Positions 1-7,220 of a DNA stretch of 10,458 bases are shown here, one piece after another. The position numbers and the translations under genes are program-made. The notes beneath the pieces are model-generated. The model did no database searches and was not told where the DNA came from. It was given only the letters and a program-made list of their open reading frames with translations. Position 1 is the first letter of the stretch, and each line of letters opens with the position of its first letter. The DNA lies in the IMG/VR virus record IMGVR_UViG_2585427789_000026; one strand, given 5' to 3'. The stretch is from a virus. Its lineage: Duplodnaviria > Heunggongvirae > Uroviricota > Caudoviricetes.

Positions 1-1167
1 TCAGGCCTTATGGTGGAAATAATCACTCAGGCGAGAAAACATGCTGCCTTCCCCGACAGATTCCAGGGTAACCAGCGGCCAGTGCGCCACCTGTTTATCA
101 CGGTCGTAAAGTTCAATTTCCCCTACCCGCTGATGGGCGCTAATTGGCGCGGTGAGCTCTTTACCATTAAGGGTATATTTGGCTTTGATATGTGGAATTT
201 CGGCTTTCGGTAGCACCATCCAGAACTCTTGTTCCGTTCCCAGGGCGATATTTTCTTTATCACCATACCAGATGCGTTCCGTACCGACCTTTTTCCTACG
301 GTGCAAAATTTGCACCGTAGTAAAGTTTTGTTGCCCCCAACGCAGTAATTTTTTTGCCTCTTCCTCACGACCTTTTGCGCTGTCAGCACCCATTACCACT
401 GCAATGAGGCGACGCTGCCCGTCTACAGCCGAAGCAATAAGATTAAACCCGGCACCAGAAGTATGGCCCGTTTTCAGGCCGTCAACATTCATGGTCTTAT
501 CCCACAATAACCCGTTACGGTTTTGCTGGGTGATACCGTTCCAGGTGAGGCTTTTCTCACTGTACATATGATAAAACTCGGGCTCGCCGTGGATGATAGC
601 GCGAGAAAGCACGGCTAAATCATAAGCCGAGCTATGCTGGCCAGGTGCATCCAGACCATGCACTGTTTCAAAATGCGTATCCTTGAGATGCAGCTTCTCG
701 GCATAGTTGTTCATCATTTCAACAAACTGCCGTTGCCCACCGGCAATATAGTCAGCCAGAGCAACACACGCGTCATTTCCGGAATCCACAATTAAACCTC
801 GGCTTAAATCACGTACCGATACGCGATCGCCCTCTTTCAAAAACATCAGTGAAGAACCGACAAACACCGGATTATCTTTCGCCCACGCATCACGCCCCAC
901 GGTGACAATATCGTCTGGCGTAATGCGATGACTATCGATAGCGCGATCCACGACATAGCCCGTCATCAGCTTTGTCAGGCTGGCGGGATTGCGCTGTTGA
1001 TGCTCATTACCCGCGGTGAGAATCTGACCGGTGGTGTAATCCATCAATACCCAGGACCCGGCATGAATCTCTGGAGGCTGAGGTGAAAAAGGAATGTTTT
1101 CCGCCGCAAAACCAGACGATAAATTAAAAACGAACAAAGAAGCAGCAATAATAAGACGGCGTTTCAA
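1..1167 (-). CDS. dacD: D-alanyl-D-alanine carboxypeptidase DacD (penicillin-binding protein 6b)
   Basis: Complement ORF with stop at 1-3; translation carries the serine-PBP motifs SLTK (SxxK), SGN and KTG and matches E. coli DacD as recalled. The ORF track extends to a TTG at 1171-1173; the recalled 388-aa protein (MKRRLIIAAS...) starts at the TTG at 1165-1167. Confidence 0.92.
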   Translation of the reverse strand: MKRRLIIAASLFVFNLSSGFAAENIPFSPQPPEIHAGSWVLMDYTTGQILTAGNEHQQRNPASLTKLMTGYVVDRAIDSHRITPDDIVTVGRDAWAKDNPVFVGSSLMFLKEGDRVSVRDLSRGLIVDSGNDACVALADYIAGGQRQFVEMMNNYAEKLHLKDTHFETVHGLDAPGQHSSAYDLAVLSRAIIHGEPEFYHMYSEKSLTWNGITQQNRNGLLWDKTMNVDGLKTGHTSGAGFNLIASAVDGQRRLIAVVMGADSAKGREEEAKKLLRWGQQNFTTVQILHRRKKVGTERIWYGDKENIALGTEQEFWMVLPKAEIPHIKAKYTLNGKELTAPISAHQRVGEIELYDRDKQVAHWPLVTLESVGEGSMFSRLSDYFHHKA

Positions 1168-1375
1168 CAGCAAACCCTCAGGTGTTTCAAATAGCTGTTC
1201 TTTTTACGGAAATACTTATGAACTGGCTGGAATAAAGTGCAAGAAAATGTGACTACTACCTCATTTTTATCTGACATGATCTGTTGCCACTCGCTGCCAA
1301 ATTGTCGCGCTAAAGCTGATTAGCACGGTGATATTTGATACTCTGGCAGACAGCAGAAATAACGGATTTAACCTA

Positions 1376-1438
1376 ATGATGAATGACGGTAAGCAACAAT
1401 CTACCTTTTTGTTTCACGATTACGCGCAACACCCCTGA
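1376..1438 (+). pseudogene. sbcB: Exonuclease I (sbcB) 5' remnant: first 16 codons, then divergent sequence and stop
   Basis: ATGATGAATGACGGTAAGCAACAATCTACCTTTTTGTTTCACGATTAC encodes MMNDGKQQSTFLFHDY, the recalled N-terminus of E. coli ExoI, at the expected distance and divergent orientation from dacD. After about nt 1424 the frame reads AQHP-stop instead of ETFGTHPALD. Confidence 0.6.
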
Positions 1439-1478
1439 GAACCGCCATGAACAAGGGTTTCATGATTTGTGATTTTAG

Positions 1479-1502
1479 TTTGGTACGCAATTTGGTACAC
1501 AA
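1479..1502. repeat. Tandem 12-bp direct repeat TTTGGTAC(G/A)CAA x2 in non-coding junction region
   Basis: Seen directly: tttggtacgcaa (1479-1490) followed immediately by tttggtacacaa (1491-1502), 11 of 12 identical. No credible ORF on either strand across 1439-1907. Confidence 0.5.
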
Positions 1503-1907
1503 CACAATTTTCACTTCAGCGGGTAGTCATCAAACTCACCATAACGAGCATCGTTGATGATGTATGTGATCACCACAAATATCACATCTGGACTAGTTCC
1601 GTCTTCATGCGCAGGTATCTGTTCACGCCTCCCTTTCTGCAAATCCTAAAGATGAGATTTTGGGGTTTTGGGATATCTTTTTATCCTCAGTTCTCTATCC
1701 ATTCTACAAAGCAGTAATGAACCATCACCGTGTGATAGTGAGGCATCCGCTACGTTAAGCGCAGAGAAATGATGCAGTGGTGGTCGGACTGGATTGATGA
1801 AAAGGTGTAGCAACCAACATTGCTATATCTCAGATAGCACAAAGCCTTGCAATCCAGTGCAAAGCTTTGTGTGTCTCAGTTTTGTCTCATAGGTAACTCT
1901 GTGTTAA

Positions 1908-2195
1908 CTACGATGCAAGAATCCATACCAATAAGCATCCGATAATTGGGAAAGAAAAATCCATCAGGCTTGCCACATCCCATGCACGCGGATCAAAACC
2001 GCCCCACCACGGCATGTTAATCCGCTTGCCATGCCCGAACATTTCAATCCAGCGATATTCTGCCTGGGTGTGTTCACGAGCAATGAAGAACGTACAACCG
2101 GCTATCGCACCGTAAGCCCAGTTTCCGGTAAAAAGACCAACCAGTACCTGTGCGACCACAGCGCAAAGTGCGTGATGAATTGGGGTTTTATCCAT
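1908..2195 (-). CDS. Hypothetical small membrane protein (95 aa, two hydrophobic segments), joined stop-to-start to tailspike
   Basis: ORF with ATG at 2193-2195 directly abutting the tailspike TAG stop (2196-2198), giving TAGATG on the coding strand. Two hydrophobic stretches (ALCAVVAQVLVGLFTGNWAYGAIAGCTFFIA and LMDFSFPIIGCLLVWILAS). No family recognised. Confidence 0.55.
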   Translation of the reverse strand: MDKTPIHHALCAVVAQVLVGLFTGNWAYGAIAGCTFFIAREHTQAEYRWIEMFGHGKRINMPWWGGFDPRAWDVASLMDFSFPIIGCLLVWILAS

Positions 2196-4781
2196 CTACT
2201 CTATCTCTTTTGCTTTTTTAATTATCAATTCAAGCTCTGTTAAACGAGACTCAATGCGTTCACACCTTCTTCGCTGGAATGCAGCCTCCAACCACAAACA
2301 TTCATCTGGACGCAATCCCCAACGCTCACCAGCATGTACAACCAGTTCCGTGTCACCAGTATCGTATTCTTCAAAGTATTCGTGAACGATGTCTTCTCCT
2401 TCAGGGGATTTAGCTATAAATGACACCTTGCGCTGTGCCATTACAGGTTGGTACTCATCATCCCATTTATCATGACATAGCAAGCCAAATCTTGTTCCAT
2501 CTATCCCCTTTGCAAGAAACGCATCTCTTACCTGCTGTGCAATTGCTCCGAAATGCCAACGAGCAGTATCCGAACCTTTAGCCTTAATATCGGACAACCA
2601 CTGGTAAACGATAATATTTACGTCACCCCATGCGTCAAGAATTGCATCCTGATCCACCTCCATGATTTCTGAAAGTTGCTCTACTGTCAGTGGCTTTGTT
2701 TTCAATGTCTGGTCTGAAGTATTTATTGCCCCATTAGTTGCATATACTTGCGTCCACCGTTTAGATGATGTCCCACATGATGACGTATTATCTTTATTAG
2801 CACTTATATAGCCATTAACCTCCGCTGACTGACCGATATACGAATATGAAGATGTTGATAAGGGAGATTTAAATATCCATTGAGCATTGGTAAAGTCATA
2901 AATACCGGTATCACCTTTTTCACTAACATGAAAAGTTACATTCCGTAACGTATTCTTTGCATCATAACGGGCGGCTTGTGTTGTTGCCCTCGAAACAGTG
3001 AATCCTTTGTCATCAAGGTTTGCCTGCTCTATGACTTCACCACCAGGCATAATTTTACCAAGGCTTAACAAACCAGAGTTAGTGACAATATCATGGGTTG
3101 AATCAATGATAATACCAGGCTGATTTCTTGATGTTGTTTTTACATGCATTACCTGTTGTGGCATTAATGTGTAAAATGTAGTTTCTCGCCCACTATCACC
3201 ATCTGGTATGCCATTTGTATTCCCCATTACAAGGTCATACCCACCTGCAATCATACGGAAAAACATTGCTTCTGGTTCATATGTAAGATTGCTAACATCT
3301 GGCGTTCCGGTATCATTTGGATCTGCTATTTCATAGGCTCTTCCTGCACCTGCCTGTATTTGCTGCACCCCAAGATAAACACCATCAAGTGTGTACTGAT
3401 GCAAATATTTTCTGGTTGAAGAATATGCAGATCCAGCCTGACAAAAATAAATAGCAGTACCGTCACACGCAACTGTTTGCATATCCCTCACAAAATCGGC
3501 AATTTCAAATTCAAAAGTTGCTTCATTACGATAATCGTAATTGTACGCCTGCGGGTTAATAAATTTGCTGGTATCAAATACTTTTACATAATAGCGAATT
3601 TGATCTGGTGTTGATGGGCTCTCACCAGGGCCAACATAACGTTTTGCTGTAGTAATCAGCCATCGACTCATAGGGTCGGTGCATAAAACATTTACCTGAT
3701 TCTCGTAACCATCTTCCCATATGAGAAAAAACTCTGGTTCAATTTCACCACCATCAGTAGGGGTGAATCTGGTGATATACTTTGCGCGATCCTCTCCTTT
3801 AGCTGTGCCAGCTAACCCCCATATCTGTAACTGGCCTCTTGTGTTACGAAAACCAACGCGCCCTATGGTTAAACCAAGACATTGATGTCCTAATTCTCTA
3901 CTACCTTTAGTCTCCCAAAGAGGAGTTAACTCTTCATTCCCAAACCAATTATAAGCAACAACTTTATTAACTTCGTCACCAGAACTAACGCTGCCACTCA
4001 CATTTACCAAGCAATAAAGAACACTGTCATAATAATCAAGAACAGCACCCTGTATGACAGTATTTTTAATTGTTGCCAGTCGCAACCCTGACTTAACATG
4101 ATTAGGAGTAGAAGGTCTGAAACCTGTATACATCCCCTTTTTTATAGTTTGTATTCTTTTTTCAGTAAAATCAGCATCTGGCAGTAATCGATTCTCTGTG
4201 CGAAAATAGCCATTTATATACTTATTTCCATCAAAAACTTGATCTGTTATATATGTATTACCCCTTAGATCAACAATCCTTCCTGTGATTTGTTTTTCTA
4301 ACTCTTGAAAAGATAATGTGTCATCGGTGATGCCATCACCTTTTGCTCCCCATCCGCGAGGGTCAGCGTCATCACGCCACCGAGACATCTGCAATTCATG
4401 ATATTTTTTAGCACCTTCCGGGTCTTCTAATTGTTGTCTTAATTGGTCAGGATCGTACTTAAGCACATTCGGAAAATAGAACTGCTGCGTACCATATGCA
4501 TCGTAAACAGCCATAGAATGGCCTTGCACGGTAACGAATTTGGAAATCTGTCCGTTGTATACCGGGTATCCAGCAGCATTGATAACGATTGGCTGTGGCA
4601 CCTGAACATAAGTACCATCTTCTCGTTCCAGATATACTGGAATCTGGTTTTCTGGATTTACCGGATCTGTGTCAATCTTACCGATATAAATTTTTCCATT
4701 TGCTACGGTTTTAAAAGAGCTAGCCATTGTGAAGAGTTGCGATGGCATCCCAATTACAACATTTGGGGTTATATCAGGCAT
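2196..4781 (-). CDS. Phage tailspike: P22-type N-terminal head-binding domain, pectate-lyase-like beta-helix central domain, C-terminal intramolecular chaperone (peptidase S74-like) domain
   Basis: N-terminus [17 protein letters not shown]...[27 protein letters not shown]...[15 protein letters not shown]...NVLKYDPDQ aligns closely with the P22 gp9 / HK620 head-binding domain as recalled. Central [12 protein letters not shown] motif is typical of pectate-lyase-superfamily depolymerases. C-terminal ~173 aa begins SDQTLK (Ser codon 2715-2717), fitting the S-x4-K self-cleavage signature of tail-fibre chaperone domains. Start chosen at ATG 4779-4781 (AGGA 8 nt upstream); the ORF-track start at 4874 has no ribosome-binding site. 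Confidence 0.85.
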   Translation of the reverse strand: MPDITPNVVIGMPSQLFTMASSFKTVANGKIYIGKIDTDPVNPENQIPVYLEREDGTYVQVPQPIVINAAGYPVYNGQISKFVTVQGHSMAVYDAYGTQQFYFPNVLKYDPDQLRQQLEDPEGAKKYHELQMSRWRDDADPRGWGAKGDGITDDTLSFQELEKQITGRIVDLRGNTYITDQVFDGNKYINGYFRTENRLLPDADFTEKRIQTIKKGMYTGFRPSTPNHVKSGLRLATIKNTVIQGAVLDYYDSVLYCLVNVSGSVSSGDEVNKVVAYNWFGNEELTPLWETKGSRELGHQCLGLTIGRVGFRNTRGQLQIWGLAGTAKGEDRAKYITRFTPTDGGEIEPEFFLIWEDGYENQVNVLCTDPMSRWLITTAKRYVGPGESPSTPDQIRYYVKVFDTSKFINPQAYNYDYRNEATFEFEIADFVRDMQTVACDGTAIYFCQAGSAYSSTRKYLHQYTLDGVYLGVQQIQAGAGRAYEIADPNDTGTPDVSNLTYEPEAMFFRMIAGGYDLVMGNTNGIPDGDSGRETTFYTLMPQQVMHVKTTSRNQPGIIIDSTHDIVTNSGLLSLGKIMPGGEVIEQANLDDKGFTVSRATTQAARYDAKNTLRNVTFHVSEKGDTGIYDFTNAQWIFKSPLSTSSYSYIGQSAEVNGYISANKDNTSSCGTSSKRWTQVYATNGAINTSDQTLKTKPLTVEQLSEIMEVDQDAILDAWGDVNIIVYQWLSDIKAKGSDTARWHFGAIAQQVRDAFLAKGIDGTRFGLLCHDKWDDEYQPVMAQRKVSFIAKSPEGEDIVHEYFEEYDTGDTELVVHAGERWGLRPDECLWLEAAFQRRRCERIESRLTELELIIKKAKEIE

Positions 4782-5197
4782 ATTAGTCATCCTGTTTGAA
4801 GATTTAGATATTGAAGAAAACGGAATGACTGCAGACAAAGATGCAATTGTTTTGAAAAATAACCTTCTATTCATTTAAAAACCATGCAACATGAACAAAA
4901 CGATTATTTTACAATACTCAAGAATCTTGATCAACAGGCATATTATTTATGCGCTTAATGCGTCACTTACAAAAATAAAAACAAGTAATACCTTTATTCC
5001 TATCGTCCATGATTTTTATTTTCAAACATTATTAAATAACAATTCCTATTTATAATATCTGTCATTTAATTTGCTCCAGATACAAGGAATCGCCGCAGCA
5101 TGGCTACGGTGAGCATTTGTTACATACCGAAACGGTACGATTGTTGATTTGTACAGTAGGTTTTACGATGCCATTCCACCCATTTGGTGAGGCATTG

Positions 5198-5455
5198 ATG
5201 ATGTACAGCAAATACGATGAGGCGCAGTTCCACTTGAGGCTTACGCACGAGTTGCACGCTAAGATTAAGCAGCGTGCAAAAATGAATAACAGGTCTATCA
5301 ATTCCGAAATTGTGGCTACGATGGAAGAATCACTCTCCAAACCATCACCTGTAAGCGGGTATCGTGATGAAGAAGAGAGGCTGGACTCATTAATCTCGGA
5401 ACGAGTAAAAGAAGTTGCGGCTGATATCCTTAGAAAAGAAAAAACCCGCGATTAA
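5198..5455 (+). CDS. mnt: Mnt-like ribbon-helix-helix repressor
   Basis: Translation MMYSKYDEAQFHLRLTHELHAKIKQRAKMNNRSINSEIVATMEESLSKPSPVSGYRDEEERL... aligns along its length with P22 Mnt as recalled (…FNFRMP…GRSMNSE…SKPSPVTGYRNDAERL…). GGTGAGG lies 5 nt upstream of the ATG at 5198; a second ATG follows at 5201. Confidence 0.8.
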   Translation: MMYSKYDEAQFHLRLTHELHAKIKQRAKMNNRSINSEIVATMEESLSKPSPVSGYRDEEERLDSLISERVKEVAADILRKEKTRD

Positions 5456-5463
5456 GCGGGTTT
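5442..5463. terminator. Bidirectional intrinsic terminator between convergent mnt and the antirepressor operon
   Basis: Perfect 8-bp stem aaacccgc / gcgggttt with 6-nt loop gattaa, flanked by an A-run upstream (a U-tract for the minus-strand transcript) and ttt on the plus strand. It overlaps the mnt stop codon and lies 7 bp from the stop of the 73-aa ORF. Confidence 0.55.
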
Positions 5464-5469
5464 AGTTGG

Positions 5470-5691
5470 TTAGTTATCAAAAAGTCCGTACGTTTCTTCT
5501 TCTTCAGGTGTAAGGGGAAGAATCTCTACTCTATCTATAGATACCTTTTCAATGTACCCATGAGGCCTACTTAAAATTAAAGCTCTCTCATGCCACAGAA
5601 CTCCAAGAATGTGATACCTTCCAGCATCGCCTTTTACCCTGGCTCTTCCTTTGATTCTTGGCGGCATAATGCCATATTTTTTCTTTGCCAT
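5470..5691 (-). CDS. Hypothetical 73-aa protein (basic N-terminus, acidic C-terminus), translationally coupled to the upstream antirepressor
   Basis: Its ATG (5689-5691) overlaps the TAA stop of the upstream gene (5691-5693) as TAATG; it ends just before the bidirectional terminator. No family recognised. Confidence 0.5.
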   Translation of the reverse strand: MAKKKYGIMPPRIKGRARVKGDAGRYHILGVLWHERALILSRPHGYIEKVSIDRVEILPLTPEEEETYGLFDN

Positions 5692-6416
5692 TATGCAACA
5701 TTACTCCCATGAATAAGGTGTTGTAGTGCTTTAACACCTTCCTCATTGTAGCGGAACGCTTCCACCTGTTTGCTGGAATGCGCAGATTTATCCAGGAAGA
5801 ACTTCCCGTACTGCTCAGTTTTGAGGTTGTTTGCGTTAGCAATGCGACCAATCTTGTTGGCCGTTACTCCAAGCTGCTCTGCAACCTCCCCTGCTGAGTA
5901 GTAATGCTCTTCTATTGCCGGAAGAGGTATTGCATTAAAACCAACGAGCGGGTTGATTATACTTGCTGCCGCTGTCTGCTTTGCCTCCGGCGCAAGATTT
6001 GGCATCAGATCGAACAGATTGGTAACAGCTTCAACCGTCATTTTCAATGTTCGCGCTTGACGATACTCAACAAGTCCACTCGCTGATTTACCGCTTTTAA
6101 TGTGCGCTTCCTGCATACTTTCAAGTTTGTCTACAAGTGTTCGGCGAACTGCTTTAGATTCGCGAGCAGCAACACGAAGCGCCTGCTTGATAGTCATGGA
6201 GATAACATCAATGTCAGCCCCGTTTTTCCGACCTACACTTTTTGTGTAGGTCTCGCCTTCCAATTCATCCTCAATTTTCTCGATGAATTTGTTGTTACGT
6301 ACTGATGGCTCTCCACATAACTTGCGAGCTTCATTAACCATCATCAGAAGACTTTGGCTGTCAATGGTTTTATCCGTGACAACGGATCCGATGTTTGCTA
6401 CATTCTTAAAAGTCAT
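5691..6416 (-). CDS. Phage antirepressor / regulatory protein, Rha-like N-terminus with KilA-C (ANT) C-terminal domain
   Basis: C-terminal YYSAGEVAEQLGVTANKIGRIANANNLKTEQYGKFF...FRYNEEGVKAL fits the KilA-C antirepressor domain pattern; N-terminal ...DSQSLLMMVNEARKL...VRNNKFIEKIE resembles Rha/ORF6N. Start chosen at ATG 6414-6416 (MTFKN..., AAGGA about 7 nt upstream) rather than the ORF-track TTG at 6503. Confidence 0.65.
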   Translation of the reverse strand: MTFKNVANIGSVVTDKTIDSQSLLMMVNEARKLCGEPSVRNNKFIEKIEDELEGETYTKSVGRKNGADIDVISMTIKQALRVAARESKAVRRTLVDKLESMQEAHIKSGKSASGLVEYRQARTLKMTVEAVTNLFDLMPNLAPEAKQTAAASIINPLVGFNAIPLPAIEEHYYSAGEVAEQLGVTANKIGRIANANNLKTEQYGKFFLDKSAHSSKQVEAFRYNEEGVKALQHLIHGSNVA

Positions 6417-6485
6417 TAGGCATTCCTTATGTGGTAGTAAGGGTGTGACATAGGCCGCCAGCAGCACACTGGCGGTTTTCTTTTG
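6411..6485 (+). ncRNA. Putative sar-like antisense RNA covering the start codon and ribosome-binding site of the Rha/KilA-C antirepressor
   Basis: Candidate promoter GTGACA (6376-6381), 17-bp spacer, TACATT (6399-6404) would start transcription near 6411 and end at the terminator above, about 70 nt. The geometry mirrors the P22 sar antisense RNA in the arc-ant region. Confidence 0.35.
6454..6485 (+). terminator. Plus-strand intrinsic terminator in the intercistronic region between the two antirepressor genes
   Basis: Stem ccgccag (6455-6461) / ctggcgg (6469-6475), 7-nt loop, followed on the plus strand by ttttcttttg (6476-6485). The minus-strand side has no U-tract. Confidence 0.55.
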
Positions 6486-6503
6486 CGCAGTCCGGCGCAC
6501 CAA

Positions 6504-7142
6504 TCAATGAATCCATTCCTCGCCGCGAAGTTTTGCCAGCATTGGCTGAGCGTTCTTTACGACAAAATTGTTGGTATCAAGATTCTTCATTTCACGAAGA
6601 AGTGATTTCTTGGTTTCTTCTGACATGTAGCGAGTCTCATATGCAATATCGTAAATCCTTCCTGAAAGCTCAGAACCAATTTGCTTCATTCCTGGGTAGA
6701 TGTGTTTGCACATTTGTTGACTCTTCTCCATCCACAATTGTAAGTAGCAGAGATTAACCAGCTCTTCGTCAGTGAACTGTTTTGCAATCGGTGAGCATTC
6801 TGCCTGCCGATCCAAAATATCCAGCACCCAGCGGCGGAACTCTTTGGCCTTGGGCGTAGAAGCAAACATCGCCACCAAGTGAGCGCCTCGGAGTGAGTAA
6901 ACTCTGACCGATTTGTTACGTAAGCTATTGTTTATTCCGTTGACCTTCATATTGAGGGTCAATGACATTGAGTCGGAAAATTCGTCAGCATTACGGGCAT
7001 AAATTTGGCTGATGGCATCAGTTTTTTTATAGCCGAGAGCCTTAGCTAGTTCGGTGGAGGTAAACCAGATAGACCCGCCCTCTGTTACAGGGTTAAAAGT
7101 GAATCCTTGGAAGTTATAATCTGATTTTGCTACAATATTCAT
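6504..7142 (-). CDS. Phage antirepressor with Bro-N / AntA-type N-terminal domain
   Basis: N-terminal ...FQGFTFNPVTEGGSIWFTSTELAKALGY...VYSLRGAHLVAMFASTPKAKEFRRWVLDILD matches the Bro-N / antirepressor N-domain pattern. Start chosen at ATG 7140-7142 (MNIVAKSDYNFQ, AAGGAAA 6 nt upstream), downstream of the arc stop; the ORF-track start at 7247 overlaps arc. Confidence 0.65.
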   Translation of the reverse strand: MNIVAKSDYNFQGFTFNPVTEGGSIWFTSTELAKALGYKKTDAISQIYARNADEFSDSMSLTLNMKVNGINNSLRNKSVRVYSLRGAHLVAMFASTPKAKEFRRWVLDILDRQAECSPIAKQFTDEELVNLCYLQLWMEKSQQMCKHIYPGMKQIGSELSGRIYDIAYETRYMSEETKKSLLREMKNLDTNNFVVKNAQPMLAKLRGEEWIH

Positions 7143-7220
7143 GTTAGTTTCCTTGAGTACGGTTACTGACATAGAGGCCCGGTTTGTGTTCGCGCACTGC
7201 CGGGCTTCACTATTTTTATT
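7143..7220 (+). ncRNA. Putative second sar-like antisense RNA covering the ribosome-binding site of the Bro-N antirepressor
   Basis: Candidate promoter TTGGAA (7107-7112), 18-bp spacer, TACAAT (7131-7136) would start transcription at about 7143, beside the Bro-N start codon, and run about 70 nt to the hairpin and T-tract at 7174-7220. Same geometry as the 6411-6485 unit. Confidence 0.3.
7174..7220 (+). terminator. Plus-strand terminator-like hairpin with T-rich tail at the arc 3' end, upstream of the Bro-N gene
   Basis: GC stem gcccgg (7177-7182) / ccgggc (7200-7205) with extension, followed on the plus strand by ttcactatttttatt. The minus-strand side has no U-tract. Confidence 0.4.

Noticed and set aside
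10-571. ORFs 10-213 (+), 123-389 (-) and 152-571 (+) inside dacD
   Set aside because: They overlap the dacD coding sequence in other frames or on the other strand and have no recognisable features.
1469-1717. 82-aa plus-strand ORF in the junction region
   Set aside because: GTG start with no ribosome-binding site, junk-like composition, and it sits in a block with no coding signal on either strand.
2031-2243. 70-aa plus-strand ORF antisense to the 95-aa membrane protein and the tailspike 3' end
   Set aside because: Antisense to two well-supported genes; no start signals.
4443-4799. 118-aa plus-strand ORF inside the tailspike
   Set aside because: Antisense to the tailspike head-binding domain coding region, which has strong homology support.
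4782-4874. N-terminal extension of the tailspike ORF ([21 protein letters not shown]...), which superficially resembles a twin-arginine signal peptide
   Set aside because: No ribosome-binding site before the ATG at 4874. Homology to the P22 head-binding domain begins exactly at the internal Met (MPDITPNVV) at 4781, which has an AGGA at the right spacing. A secreted signal makes no sense for a virion protein.
5104-5340. 78-aa minus-strand ORF and the upstream TTG extension of mnt (5117-5197)
   Set aside because: The minus ORF is antisense to the Mnt homolog. The Mnt homology starts at the ATG at 5198, which has its own ribosome-binding site, so the extension is not needed.
5588-6757. ORFs 5588-5851 (-), 5904-6086 (+), 6102-6305 (+) and 6533-6757 (+) overlapping the antirepressor genes
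   Set aside because: Alternative-frame or antisense ORFs inside better-supported genes; no domain signals.
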